A stretch of 40,000 bases of DNA from Bacteroides sp. f07 (GTDB taxonomy: Bacteria > Bacteroidota > Bacteroidia > Bacteroidales > Bacteroidaceae). This document shows, piece after piece, positions 8,765 through 16,654 of the stretch (the first letter of the stretch is position 1; every line of letters begins with the position of its first letter). A model generated the notes under the pieces. It was not told the DNA's origin. It saw only the letters and a program-made list of their open reading frames with translations, and searched no databases. The position numbers were made by a program, and so were the translations under genes. The stretch is from contig NZ_BAABXI010000001.1 in assembly GCF_042854785.1 (NCBI RefSeq), positions 2,795,656 through 2,835,655 of the forward strand. The letters are read 5' to 3'.

Positions 8765-9065
8765 TTCCTAACTTATCATGTAACCCTGTTTGTGATAATA
8801 TTGAATAGAAATTATCAAATTTCCCGATCAGTTCATTAAAAGATGCGAACTCATATCTTTCGGAGAATAAACAATTCCCTGTTTCGATACTAAGGATTTC
8901 CATAACACAAGAATTATCATCCCATAGTGTTACACGACCTAAATTAGTATCATTATCTATATCAACATACATACTATGTACATAATCCGTATTTTCATGT
9001 ATTGTGTATGTACATGACTGATTATTAATCTGTTCTTTTATATAGGAAATGAATTTTCGTATCAT
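8757..9065 (-). CDS. Cassette 11: small hypothetical protein
   Basis: 102-aa ORF, acidic, no signal peptide. The stop TAA is the core TAA of site R2. The ATG is 8 nt downstream of the 3' end of intron 1. Confidence 0.6.
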   Translation of the reverse strand: MIRKFISYIKEQINNQSCTYTIHENTDYVHSMYVDIDNDTNLGRVTLWDDNSCVMEILSIETGNCLFSERYEFASFNELIGKFDNFYSILSQTGLHDKLGTV

Positions 9066-9114
9066 ATTATTTTATCGAGTAGGTCAGCCCTCTTTCGGGG
9101 GCTTTCCCCTCTAA

Positions 9115-9148
9115 GAACCGTACTTGATAGTTTCCCATCATACGGCTC
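9115..9148 (-). ncRNA. Group II intron domain V (copy 1)
   Basis: The minus strand reads GAGCCGTATGATGGGAAACTATCAAGTACGGTTC. It is 34 nt, with the AGC triad, a 2-nt bulge and a GAAA tetraloop. Confidence 0.9.
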
Positions 9149-9186
9149 AAGCATTTCTAAATTTAATTTTCATAAATTAAACCGGC

Positions 9187-10725
9187 TCAACTTACTTTCC
9201 TAAAAGTTTTCCCATTAGTCAGTTCTCGTTTCGCACAGAGTTTCCACGTAAGATATTCCTGCCATTGCGGGTCAAACGGATTGAGTTTTGCTTTGACCTT
9301 TCTATACCTTAAAATAGGGATGTCGGCTAATTGTTCCAACCTTATCCTTTCTTTGTTATCGGCTTTCTTGAAGTCTGTGGCGAACACCCAGTTTCTCTTC
9401 CCTTCCATTTTAAAATATCTCTCCTTTACCCATCGCCAAGTTTTCTTGTCATGTCTTCTGTGTGCCCACCTTTTGAGTTGTTTCACCAGTATGGTGTCCA
9501 GATCGCTGAACGTCTTCTTGGCGGATACAAATCTAAAGTAGTTGCCCCAACCTCTGAGTACCGGATTTAGTTTCCCGATCAAGTCCTCCTGTTTAGCGAC
9601 TTTATTCTTGAAGACCACTTCATGCGTTTTCTCCACAAACCTCTTGATACTCTTCTTTGAGGGTTTAATCAATACGTTCCTTTTATATCTTCGTATGTTA
9701 TATCCCAAGAAGTCGAACCCTTTAGTGATATGGGTTATCAACGTCTTCTCCTGCGAGAGTTCCAGTCCCCTGACGGCTAAAAAGTCTTTTAAGTCCTCCC
9801 TTATCTGTTCTAGCAGTTCCTTTGTGTCCGCTGAGACAACAAAATCATCCGCATAACGTATGAGATGAACTTTGGTACGGTAACGTTTACCGTTCACGTA
9901 CCTTTCTCTGTACTTCATTAGCAACATCTTTTCCATTCCATCCAGTGTGGCGTTTGCAAGTGTTGGCGATATAATACCGCCTTGCGGTGTTCCAGCCGTT
10001 GTAGGAGTGAGCAACTTGTTAAAGATAGCTCCACATTTCAACCACTTTCTTAGTATCTGCTTGTCGATTGGTACATTATCTACAAGCCATTCATGGCTGA
10101 TATTGTCGAAGCATCCTTTGATGTCTCCCTCCAATACCCACATCGGTGGGTTAGGTTGGTGGCTGAACAATATGTGTATCGCATCTATGGCATCTGCCGT
10201 ACTCCTGTATCTTCTGAACCCGTATGAGTTCGGGTCAGCCATTGTTTCCATTACCGGTTCGAGTGCCATTAGATATAACGCCTGCATTGCCCTATCTTTC
10301 ATGGTGGGTATGCCCAGCGGGCGTTTCTTGCCGTTGCTTTTGGCAATGTACACCCTTTTCAGTGGAAGTGGCTTGTAGCCCCTCCGTCTCAACGAAGCAA
10401 CCGCTTCGAGTTTATGCGCTTGGGTAGTCCATTTGATTTGGTCTACCCAAGCGGTTCTTTTTCCTTTGTTGGAAGTAACCCGTTTTACCGCCAGCGCTTT
10501 TGCGGCAAACGAGGTAGTCAGGATACGCTGCAAGGCTTTCACCTTTGCGTATCTCTTTTCCTTTTGAGCCTTTACAATCCGAGCTTGAAGCTTCCGCACA
10601 GCGGTTTGAAGCTTGTTCCAGTCTATGCTGTTCCAAGCCCCTTTGGGTCTGCTCCTGTGTGAAGACGCACACTTTGTTTTCACTCCGTCCATTTGCTTTT
10701 CTCCATTTAAAAGTTCTTCCTTCAT
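9187..10725 (-). CDS. Group II intron reverse transcriptase/maturase (copy 1)
   Basis: RT motifs RPLGIPTMKDRAMQ, TPQGGIISP and YADDFVV. Maturase X domain LNPVLRGWGNYFRF. No HNH/En domain. The start is uncertain: ATG at 10725 or 10692. The track ORF reaches 10875 by read-through of intron RNA sequence. Confidence 0.9.
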   Translation of the reverse strand: MKEELLNGEKQMDGVKTKCASSHRSRPKGAWNSIDWNKLQTAVRKLQARIVKAQKEKRYAKVKALQRILTTSFAAKALAVKRVTSNKGKRTAWVDQIKWTTQAHKLEAVASLRRRGYKPLPLKRVYIAKSNGKKRPLGIPTMKDRAMQALYLMALEPVMETMADPNSYGFRRYRSTADAIDAIHILFSHQPNPPMWVLEGDIKGCFDNISHEWLVDNVPIDKQILRKWLKCGAIFNKLLTPTTAGTPQGGIISPTLANATLDGMEKMLLMKYRERYVNGKRYRTKVHLIRYADDFVVSADTKELLEQIREDLKDFLAVRGLELSQEKTLITHITKGFDFLGYNIRRYKRNVLIKPSKKSIKRFVEKTHEVVFKNKVAKQEDLIGKLNPVLRGWGNYFRFVSAKKTFSDLDTILVKQLKRWAHRRHDKKTWRWVKERYFKMEGKRNWVFATDFKKADNKERIRLEQLADIPILRYRKVKAKLNPFDPQWQEYLTWKLCAKRELTNGKTFRKVS

Positions 10726-11347
10726 TTTGTAAAGAAACACCAGGCAGAAGTCAGCCTGCTTTCGCAGCGGGATAATGTCACCTTGCTTGTCACGCAGGCA
10801 TTGGCTCAATCCCGTATCCTCCCTCATTACAAGGGTGGCATTCGCTTTTTCCACCATCTCATACCCGCATACCATTCGGCTTTACTTACGTTCGGCTTAC
10901 CTGTCATTCATGGCAGGAGATATACGGGCTTACCAAGTTTCGCCCTCCAACTTACGGACGGATTAGGGTCTGTCCATCTGCCGACGGTGCTTTGTCCGTG
11001 TAACCCTCACCAAAAGAAAGGTTATCCGACCGTTTACCATTTTGGTCAAGGCTCGCCAGCATCTTGAGCCTTTCATTAGTCACGACAGTTCCCGACAGTT
11101 CAATTAATTTACCCATACCGTCCAGCTTAGCCCCTTAGTCGCCTGATGCTGGCGGCAGTTGATTCCCCTCACGGTTCTGTCTTCCCTTGCGGCGGGTTCG
11201 TTGTCGAACAGCTTCACACAACGTCATTGCTGGTGATGCATGTGTTCCAAGCTACTGCTGACGGAACAGCAGGTTCAGACAGCCTGTTTTCAACCCGTGA
11301 AATGGGTGCTGAACAATTAAGAGAGGCGACTTGCTTGTCGCACCTCA

Positions 11348-11407
11348 GTTGCTAATGGGTTGCAGCTAATCGCCATTTTAAGGCGATTGAGGTGCATGTT
11401 GTGTTTA
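11348..11407 (-). repeat. attC-like site R3 (occupied by intron 1)
   Basis: Plus strand: GTTGCTAATGGGTTGCAGCTAATCGCC ATTTTA AGGCGATTGAGGTGCA TGTTGTGTTTA. The ORF-proximal core is degenerate (TTGTG instead of TTGTTA; 1-nt deletion). Confidence 0.75.
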
Positions 11408-11427
11408 TTCCTTGCAATTTTAAGAAT

Positions 11428-11766
11428 CTATTCAGTAGTAATATCAAAATCTTGTTTATTTCTCCATGCTATCCTAAGATAATCACCTCTTATTAAACCT
11501 TTATCACGGTAATATCTAACTATTTCAGAGGGCGACCAATCCTTGCCATTGGAAAATAATGTTCCGATTTCTATTAACTTTTGAAAAAGAACTGCACGCT
11601 TTTCAACATCATCAGTAGGCATAGAAATAGAATAGTATGGTTCTACTTTTTCAAATCCAAGACTGATAAGTTCATTCTTAAAATTGTCATTATTATTAGC
11701 TATCAATATATTATTTCCTGCCAATTCAATAGCAACGACTTTATCTTTTAATTTTTCATTCATCAT
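11428..11766 (-). CDS. Cassette 10: small hypothetical protein
   Basis: 112 aa from ATG 11766 (MMNEKLKDK...). The track ORF starts at a GTG at 11775 that lies inside site R4. Confidence 0.6.
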   Translation of the reverse strand: MMNEKLKDKVVAIELAGNNILIANNNDNFKNELISLGFEKVEPYYSISMPTDDVEKRAVLFQKLIEIGTLFSNGKDWSPSEIVRYYRDKGLIRGDYLRIAWRNKQDFDITTE

Positions 11767-11768
11767 AT

Positions 11769-11825
11769 TAAACACTAATGTGTTTCAGCTAACTGCGTTT
11801 AGCTGTTTAGGTGATTGTTATGTGC
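11769..11825 (-). repeat. attC-like site R4
   Basis: Plus strand: TAAACACTAATGTGTTT CAGCTAA CTGCGT TTAGCTG TTTAGGTGATTGTTATGTGC, with a perfect 7-bp stem. The cassette 9 ORF reads through the core and stops in the loop. Confidence 0.75.
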
Positions 11826-12167
11826 CTTATTGTTCTCCTCTTCTATTTTCATAAGAAATATTTCTTGCAAATCGCCACTTATTATTTTACCGTTTAGAGT
11901 TAATTCAAAAAATCCTTCTTGTTCGGCAAAGGATGATACATTATCCAGTTTGGCAAAAACATTAGATAGGGTATCTGTCATAACTAAACGCACGAAAGTT
12001 TTTAGCTCTTTTCGCTGTTTTTCATTCAACTGGCTATATAACTCTTTACTATCATTCCAAGGCTCATAACCACCTTCTATTGATGGAGTATTTAGAGTGT
12101 TGAAATATCGACTTAAGTTATCCATTATTTCTTTTTTTAATGAATTGACAAATTCTACATCATTCAT
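11799..12167 (-). CDS. Cassette 9: small hypothetical protein
   Basis: 122-aa ORF, acidic, no signal peptide. Its 3' end overlaps site R4. Confidence 0.6.
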   Translation of the reverse strand: MNDVEFVNSLKKEIMDNLSRYFNTLNTPSIEGGYEPWNDSKELYSQLNEKQRKELKTFVRLVMTDTLSNVFAKLDNVSSFAEQEGFFELTLNGKIISGDLQEIFLMKIEEENNKAHNNHLNS

Positions 12168-12186
12168 ATTTTTCCATTTTTAAGTT

Positions 12187-12244
12187 GCACATAATGTCCG
12201 GCAGATAATCGACTATTAAGGTACTTTATCTGTTTGTTAGCAAT
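12187..12244 (-). repeat. attC-like site R5
   Basis: Plus strand: GCACATAATGTCCGG CAGATAA TCGACTATTAAGGTACT TTATCTG TTTGTTAGCAAT. The core TTA (12237-12239) is the stop codon of cassette 8. Confidence 0.8.
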
Positions 12245-12551
12245 CTAATTCATTTCCGTTTAATAATTCTATATCTCCTAATGCTTTATATTCCCTGTCC
12301 AAATCTTCTTTTGTGAATAGGTAATAATTGTCCTCAAATCTTGGCATATCATAGCCTTTTACAAAAGATAAGAAAGAGAATATTTCTGCATCTATATCTA
12401 TACCTTGATTATCCTTGTTATCCAAAGCAAATAATAGATTATCAGCTTTCATCGAAATTCTATTTCTAATACCTTCTACATTATATTCTTCATTATCAGG
12501 TAACTCTTTAAGTATCTGATAGAAGTTTATTATCTGTTGTTTTACTTTCAT
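12237..12551 (-). CDS. Cassette 8: small hypothetical protein
   Basis: 104-aa ORF, acidic. The stop codon is embedded in the R5 core. Confidence 0.6.
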   Translation of the reverse strand: MKVKQQIINFYQILKELPDNEEYNVEGIRNRISMKADNLLFALDNKDNQGIDIDAEIFSFLSFVKGYDMPRFEDNYYLFTKEDLDREYKALGDIELLNGNELDC

Positions 12552-12568
12552 TCATAATTTGTTTAGTG

Positions 12569-12624
12569 ATTGCTAATGGGATGCAGCTTGCCGCTGTTAG
12601 GTGGCACAGGTGCTTGTTATAAGC
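12569..12624 (-). repeat. attC-like site R6
   Basis: Plus strand: ATTGCTAATGGGATGCAGCTTGCC GCTGTTA GGTGGCACAGGTGC TTGTTATAAGC. The stem has one bulged base and one C:C mismatch. Confidence 0.8.
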
Positions 12625-13091
12625 TAATTTTCGTATTCAATCTTGTAATCTTCATATACATTGAATACAGTTTCACAATCAGATAAAATACTTTCAAGCA
12701 AAGGTTTGACCTCACTATTCCAATCCAACTTACCCAAACCTGCACCTATTTTCGGGAGCGACACAGTTTTAATACCTCTGCTTTCGCATACTTTTTTCAA
12801 GCGTTTCAAGCCTTTATTCAGATATGTAAGTTCTGCATGATACATATCCGGTTGTGTAGCGATGTAGATTATACCCGGAGAGAAACCTTTGATTTCTCCT
12901 ATAAACATATCACCTGCTTGAAACTTGGTGTTTCGTGTGTACTTCTTAAAGAGTTTTTGGATTTCAGGGAATTGACTTGATAGCTTAAAGGCAAGCCCAG
13001 TTCCTAATCCTTCTTGTGAGCCAACAGCCACACCTTGCGCTATGTACTCATCTTTGCTTTGCAATATATCTCCCGAAATGTATTTTATCAT
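12624..13091 (-). CDS. Cassette 7: macro-domain (ADP-ribose-binding/hydrolase fold) protein
   Basis: 155-aa ORF. MIKYISGDILQSKDEYIAQGVAVGSQEGLGTGLA..., a later KTVSLPKIGAGLG and a small size fit stand-alone macrodomain proteins. Confidence 0.6.
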   Translation of the reverse strand: MIKYISGDILQSKDEYIAQGVAVGSQEGLGTGLAFKLSSQFPEIQKLFKKYTRNTKFQAGDMFIGEIKGFSPGIIYIATQPDMYHAELTYLNKGLKRLKKVCESRGIKTVSLPKIGAGLGKLDWNSEVKPLLESILSDCETVFNVYEDYKIEYEN

Positions 13092-13111
13092 ATTGTTTCC
13101 GTTTTTCTGTT

Positions 13112-13170
13112 GCTTATAATAGGTTTGTGAATAACTGACCGTTAAGGCAGTTCATTCGCTTGTTACCAAT
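13112..13170 (-). repeat. attC-like site R7 (same subfamily as R12)
   Basis: Plus strand: GCTTATAATAGGTTTGTGAATAACTGACC GTTA AGGCAGTTCATTCGC TTGTTACCAAT. In the cassette-sense strand the stem GAATGAACTG/CAGTTATTC has one extrahelical G. Confidence 0.8.
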
Positions 13171-13173
13171 ATT

Positions 13174-13461
13174 TCAATCTCCACTTACCCAAATTGTGTT
13201 TTTATCTATTATCATAGGACGCAAATTCTTAACGAACTCTATTATAATTTTCATTGATTGTTTATCCGACGTCTTTATATAATCATTTGCCAAATTAATA
13301 AGTAATTCAAGATTTTGAGGTATCAATCTTGTATCTCCATATTCATCAATACTCAATCCTGTCTTTACATGAAACTGCAAGAAGACGGGTTGTAATATTC
13401 TCAATTCAACATCATTCAAAGCGAAGTGATGATTATTCATTGTATTGCTAAAATCTAACAT
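13174..13461 (-). CDS. Cassette 6: small hypothetical protein
   Basis: 95-aa ORF with no recognisable motifs. Confidence 0.55.
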   Translation of the reverse strand: MLDFSNTMNNHHFALNDVELRILQPVFLQFHVKTGLSIDEYGDTRLIPQNLELLINLANDYIKTSDKQSMKIIIEFVKNLRPMIIDKNTIWVSGD

Positions 13462-13476
13462 TTCAATTATTTGTTT

Positions 13477-13532
13477 ATTGGTAATGGTAGCTAACCGACC
13501 TTTACGGGGAGGTTAAGCCGCTTGTTACCTGC
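13477..13532 (-). repeat. attC-like site R8
   Basis: Plus strand: ATTGGTAATGGTAGCTAACCGACC TTTAC GGGGAGGTTAAGCCGC TTGTTACCTGC. The cassette-sense stem GCTTAACC/GGTTAGC has one extrahelical T. The core TTA (13525-13527) is the stop codon of cassette 5. Confidence 0.8.
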
Positions 13533-13860
13533 TTTTTCGAGTTATTACAATATCATCAAAACTTAATAGCAAAGACTGACCGTTTGGTCTATATTCCTTC
13601 CAATCTTCAATGTCGGGACTTTCATAATCCATCATTATATGATAAAAGGAGTAAAGACCGAAATTTTCTTGAGGTAAGTCCGGCAGACTATGTATGTCAT
13701 AACATCCAACACCTTCCAATCCTTTTTCTTCAATCCGTTTTAACCATCCTAAAGCCTTATCTATTTGTTGAAGATAGGGAAGTTCCTGTTGATTGCCATG
13801 CTTCAAAGCATCAACAGTTTTTATTCGTTCTTTTTGTAATAACTCAATTATATCTTTCAT
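13525..13860 (-). CDS. Cassette 5: small hypothetical protein
   Basis: 111 aa from ATG 13860 (MKDIIELLQKE...). The track ORF extends to 13950 only because intron domains V/VI happen to be open in frame (MLEPYDGKLSSTVLRGG...). Confidence 0.6.
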   Translation of the reverse strand: MKDIIELLQKERIKTVDALKHGNQQELPYLQQIDKALGWLKRIEEKGLEGVGCYDIHSLPDLPQENFGLYSFYHIMMDYESPDIEDWKEYRPNGQSLLLSFDDIVITRKSR

Positions 13861-13910
13861 TTTATTTATCGGATAGGTCGGAGGCATTGCTGCCCCTTTC
13901 CCCCCCCTAA

Positions 13911-13944
13911 GAACCGTACTTGATAGTTTCCCATCATACGGCTC
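13911..13944 (-). ncRNA. Group II intron domain V (copy 2)
   Basis: Identical 34-nt GAGCCGTATGATGGGAAACTATCAAGTACGGTTC on the minus strand. Confidence 0.9.
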
Positions 13945-14021
13945 AAGCATTTCTAAATTTAATTCTCATAAATTAAACCGGCTCAACTCGCTTTCCTTGA
14001 GGTCTTTCTCTTAGTCAGTTC

Positions 14022-15536
14022 TCATTTAGCACGGAGTTTCCACATCATATATTCCTGCCATTCGGGGGCGAACGGGTTCATTTCTGCTTTAACTTTCCTA
14101 TACCTTAAAATAGGGATGTCGGCTAATTGTTCCAACCTTATCCTTTCTTTTTTATCGGCTTTCTTAGAGTCTGCGGCAAAGCCCCAGTTTCTACGCCCTT
14201 CCGTTTTGAAATATCTCTGTTTCACCCATCGGCGGCTTTTCTTGGGATGTCTTCTGCTTGCCCATCTCTTGAGTTGCCTTACCAAGATGGAGTCCAGATT
14301 GCTGAACGTCTTCTTGGCAGATACAAACCTAAAGTAGTTTCCCCATCCTCTCAGTACGGGATTGAGCTGCATAATCAAATCCCCCTGTTTGGCGGTCTTG
14401 TTCCCGAATATAACCTCGTGAGTCTTTTCCACAAATCTTTTCACGCTCTTCTTTGCGGGTTTTATCAATATGTTCTTTTTGTATCGGCGTATATTGTAAC
14501 CCAAAAAGTCAAAGCCCTCGGTGATATGTGTAATCAGCGTTTTCTCCTCCGATAGTTCCAGCCCCCTGACGGCTAAGAAGTGTTTCAAGTCCTCTTTGAC
14601 TTGTTCCAGCAGTTCCCTTGTGTCAGCTGATACGACAAAGTCATCCGCATAACGTACCAAATGGACTTTGGGGCGATATCGTTTTCCGTTCACGTATCTT
14701 TCCCTGTACTTCTTTAGCAACATCTTTTCCATTCCGTCCAACGTGGCGTTCGCCAACGTCGGCGATATAATGCCACCTTGCGGTGTCCCTGCCGTTGTGG
14801 GGGAGAGTAACTTGTTGAAGACCGCTCCGCATTTCAGCCACTTCTTTAATATCTGCTTGTCGATTTGTACATTATCCACAAGCCACTCGTGGCTGATGTT
14901 GTCAAAGCACCCTTTAATGTCTCCCTCCAGTACCCATTGTGGCGGGTTAGGCTGGTGGCTGAACATTATATGCAGCGCATCTATGGCGTCCGCTGTGCTT
15001 CTGTATCTTCTAAACCCGTATGAATTCGGGTCTGCGGTCGTTTCCGTCACAGGTTCGAGAGCCATCAGATATAATGCCTGCATTGCCCTGTCTTTCATGG
15101 TGGGTATGCCCAACGGGCGTTTCTTGCCATTGCTCTTGGCGATGTACACCCTTTTCAGTGGAAGTGGCTTATAGCCTCTCCGTTTTAACGAAGTTACTGC
15201 TTCGAGCTTTTGCGCTTGGGTAGTCCATTTTATATTGTCCACCCCTGCGGTTCGTTTCCCTTTATTGGAAGTGACACGTTTGACTGCCAGCGCTTTCGCA
15301 GCAAACGAGGTAGTCAAGATACGTTGCAAGGATTTTACCTTGTTGTATCTCTTTTCCTTTTGAGCCTTTACAATCCGTACCTGAAGCTTTCGCACAACAG
15401 CTTGTAGCTTGTCCCAGTCCATACTGTTCCAAGCTCCTTTCGGTCTGCCCCTGCGTGAAGATGCACACTGTGTTTTCACTTCGTTCATTTGCCTTTCTTC
15501 ATTTAAAAGTTCTTCATTCGTTTTGTAAAGAAACAC
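14022..15536 (-). CDS. Group II intron reverse transcriptase/maturase (copy 2)
   Basis: 504-aa ORF that aligns with copy 1 throughout. I counted about 60 substitutions in about 470 aligned residues by hand, with no frameshifts. YADDFVV and the X domain are intact. An alternative start is ATG 15488. Confidence 0.9.
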   Translation of the reverse strand: MFLYKTNEELLNEERQMNEVKTQCASSRRGRPKGAWNSMDWDKLQAVVRKLQVRIVKAQKEKRYNKVKSLQRILTTSFAAKALAVKRVTSNKGKRTAGVDNIKWTTQAQKLEAVTSLKRRGYKPLPLKRVYIAKSNGKKRPLGIPTMKDRAMQALYLMALEPVTETTADPNSYGFRRYRSTADAIDALHIMFSHQPNPPQWVLEGDIKGCFDNISHEWLVDNVQIDKQILKKWLKCGAVFNKLLSPTTAGTPQGGIISPTLANATLDGMEKMLLKKYRERYVNGKRYRPKVHLVRYADDFVVSADTRELLEQVKEDLKHFLAVRGLELSEEKTLITHITEGFDFLGYNIRRYKKNILIKPAKKSVKRFVEKTHEVIFGNKTAKQGDLIMQLNPVLRGWGNYFRFVSAKKTFSNLDSILVRQLKRWASRRHPKKSRRWVKQRYFKTEGRRNWGFAADSKKADKKERIRLEQLADIPILRYRKVKAEMNPFAPEWQEYMMWKLRAK

Positions 15537-16148
15537 CAGACGGAAGTCTGCCTGTTTTCACAGTGGAATGATGTCGCTTCGCTATTTTATATTATGTATG
15601 GCTACGCTCAATTCCTATCCTCCCTCATTACAAGGGTGGCGTTCGCTTTCTCCATCCTCTCATACCCGCATACCGTTCGGCTTTACTTGCGTTCGGCTTA
15701 CCTGCTGTTCATGGCAGGAGATATACGGGCTTACCAAGTTTCGCCCTCCAACTATCGCCCGGGTTAGAGCCCGTCCATCTGACGGCGGTGCTTTGTCCGT
15801 GTAACCCTCACAACAAGAAAGGTTATCCGACCGTTTACCATTTTGGTCAAGGCTCGCCAGCATCTTGAGCCTTTCATTAGTCACGACAGTTCCCGACAGT
15901 TCAATTAATTTACCCATACCGTCCAGCTTAGCCCCTTAGCCACCTGATGCTGGCGGCAGTTGATTCCCCTCGCGGTTCTATCTTCCCTTGTGGCGGGTTC
16001 GTTGTCGAACAGCTCCACACAACGTCATTGCTGGTGATGCATGTGTTCCAAGCTACTGCTGACGGAACAGTAGGTTCAGACAGCCTGTTTTCAACCCGTG
16101 AAATGGGTGCTGAACAATTAAGAGAGGCGACTTGCTTGTCGCACCATT

Positions 16149-16206
16149 GTTGCTAATGTCCAGCGGCTAACTGACTTTTCAGAAGTTAAGCCGTTTGTTA
16201 TCAGTC
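16149..16206 (-). repeat. attC-like site R9 (occupied by intron 2)
   Basis: Plus strand: GTTGCTAATGTCCAGCGGCTAACTGAC TTTTC AGAAGTTAAGCCG TTTGTTATCAGTC. The cassette-sense stem CGGCTTAAC/GTTAGCCG has one extrahelical T. Confidence 0.8.
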
Positions 16207-16212
16207 ATATTT

Positions 16213-16584
16213 TTATTCAGAGCTTTTATATTTACTATATTTCTCAATCCATCCCTCTTGAGAATATAATTCACCACACAATCCATCAGATATGTCAGCC
16301 AAAGATGTCACATCTTTTTCTGAATTAGAAATCTTCCAATCATCAATATCTTGTTCAAAAAAGAACAGAGTATTATGAATTGTGGAATCCACCATTTTAT
16401 AGACTATTTGCCTTATGAGTTCTACATCTTCATTTTTAAGGTTATTTATGGCTTCATGTAGTTTCCGGTCAGATGTACTTTTCATGTGCCCTGAAACAGT
16501 TCCTTCAAAAACAAATAAGCTATTATCCCTTACGCTTTTGACGAAATCTTTTCCAAATTGATTTAGTATTTCTTTTGTTTCCAT
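16213..16584 (-). CDS. Cassette 4: small hypothetical protein
   Basis: 123-aa ORF, acidic, no signal peptide. Confidence 0.6.
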   Translation of the reverse strand: METKEILNQFGKDFVKSVRDNSLFVFEGTVSGHMKSTSDRKLHEAINNLKNEDVELIRQIVYKMVDSTIHNTLFFFEQDIDDWKISNSEKDVTSLADISDGLCGELYSQEGWIEKYSKYKSSE

Positions 16585-16598
16585 TTTATTTCTTTTTT

Positions 16599-16654
16599 GA
16601 CTGATAATGTTTGGCAGCGTGCCGCTTTAAGCGGTGTGCTGTTTGTTAGCAACC
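16599..16654 (-). repeat. attC-like site R10
   Basis: Plus strand: GACTGATAATGTTTGG CAGCGTGCCGC TTTAA GCGGTGTGCTG TTTGTTAGCAACC. On the plus strand the stem holds three G:T wobbles. On the cassette-sense (minus) strand these same positions are A:C mismatches. The cassette 3 ORF reads through the core and stops in the loop. Confidence 0.8.

Larger units (their letters stand above)
9074..11343 (-). mobile_element. Group II intron, copy 1 (about 2.27 kb, no endonuclease domain)
   Basis: The 5' end reads GTGCGAC (11343 downward). Domain V is at 9115-9148. Domain VI has a bulged A 7 nt from the 3' end, and the 3' end reads ...CCTACTCGAT at 9074. An RT/maturase ORF lies in domain IV. The intron is inserted 4 nt past the TTAGCAAC core of site R3. 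Confidence 0.9.
13868..16144 (-). mobile_element. Group II intron, copy 2 (about 2.28 kb, no endonuclease domain)
   Basis: The 5' end reads GTGCGAC at 16144. Domain V is at 13911-13944. The 3' end reads ...CCTATCCGAT at 13868. An intact RT/maturase ORF is present. The intron is inserted 4 nt past the TTAGCAAC core of site R9 and 7 nt upstream of the cassette 5 ATG. Confidence 0.9.

Noticed and set aside
11146-11355. 69-aa plus-strand ORF, with a near-identical twin at 15947-16156.
   Set aside because: Both lie antisense to domain I of the two group II intron copies. Their conservation reflects intron RNA conservation, not a protein.
13861-13950. N-terminal 30 aa of track ORF 13525-13950 (MLEPYDGKLSSTVLRGGKGAAMPPTYPINK).
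   Set aside because: This is the translation of intron domains V/VI. The real cassette ORF starts at ATG 13860. The same logic applies to 10726-10875, the read-through extension of the copy 1 RT ORF.
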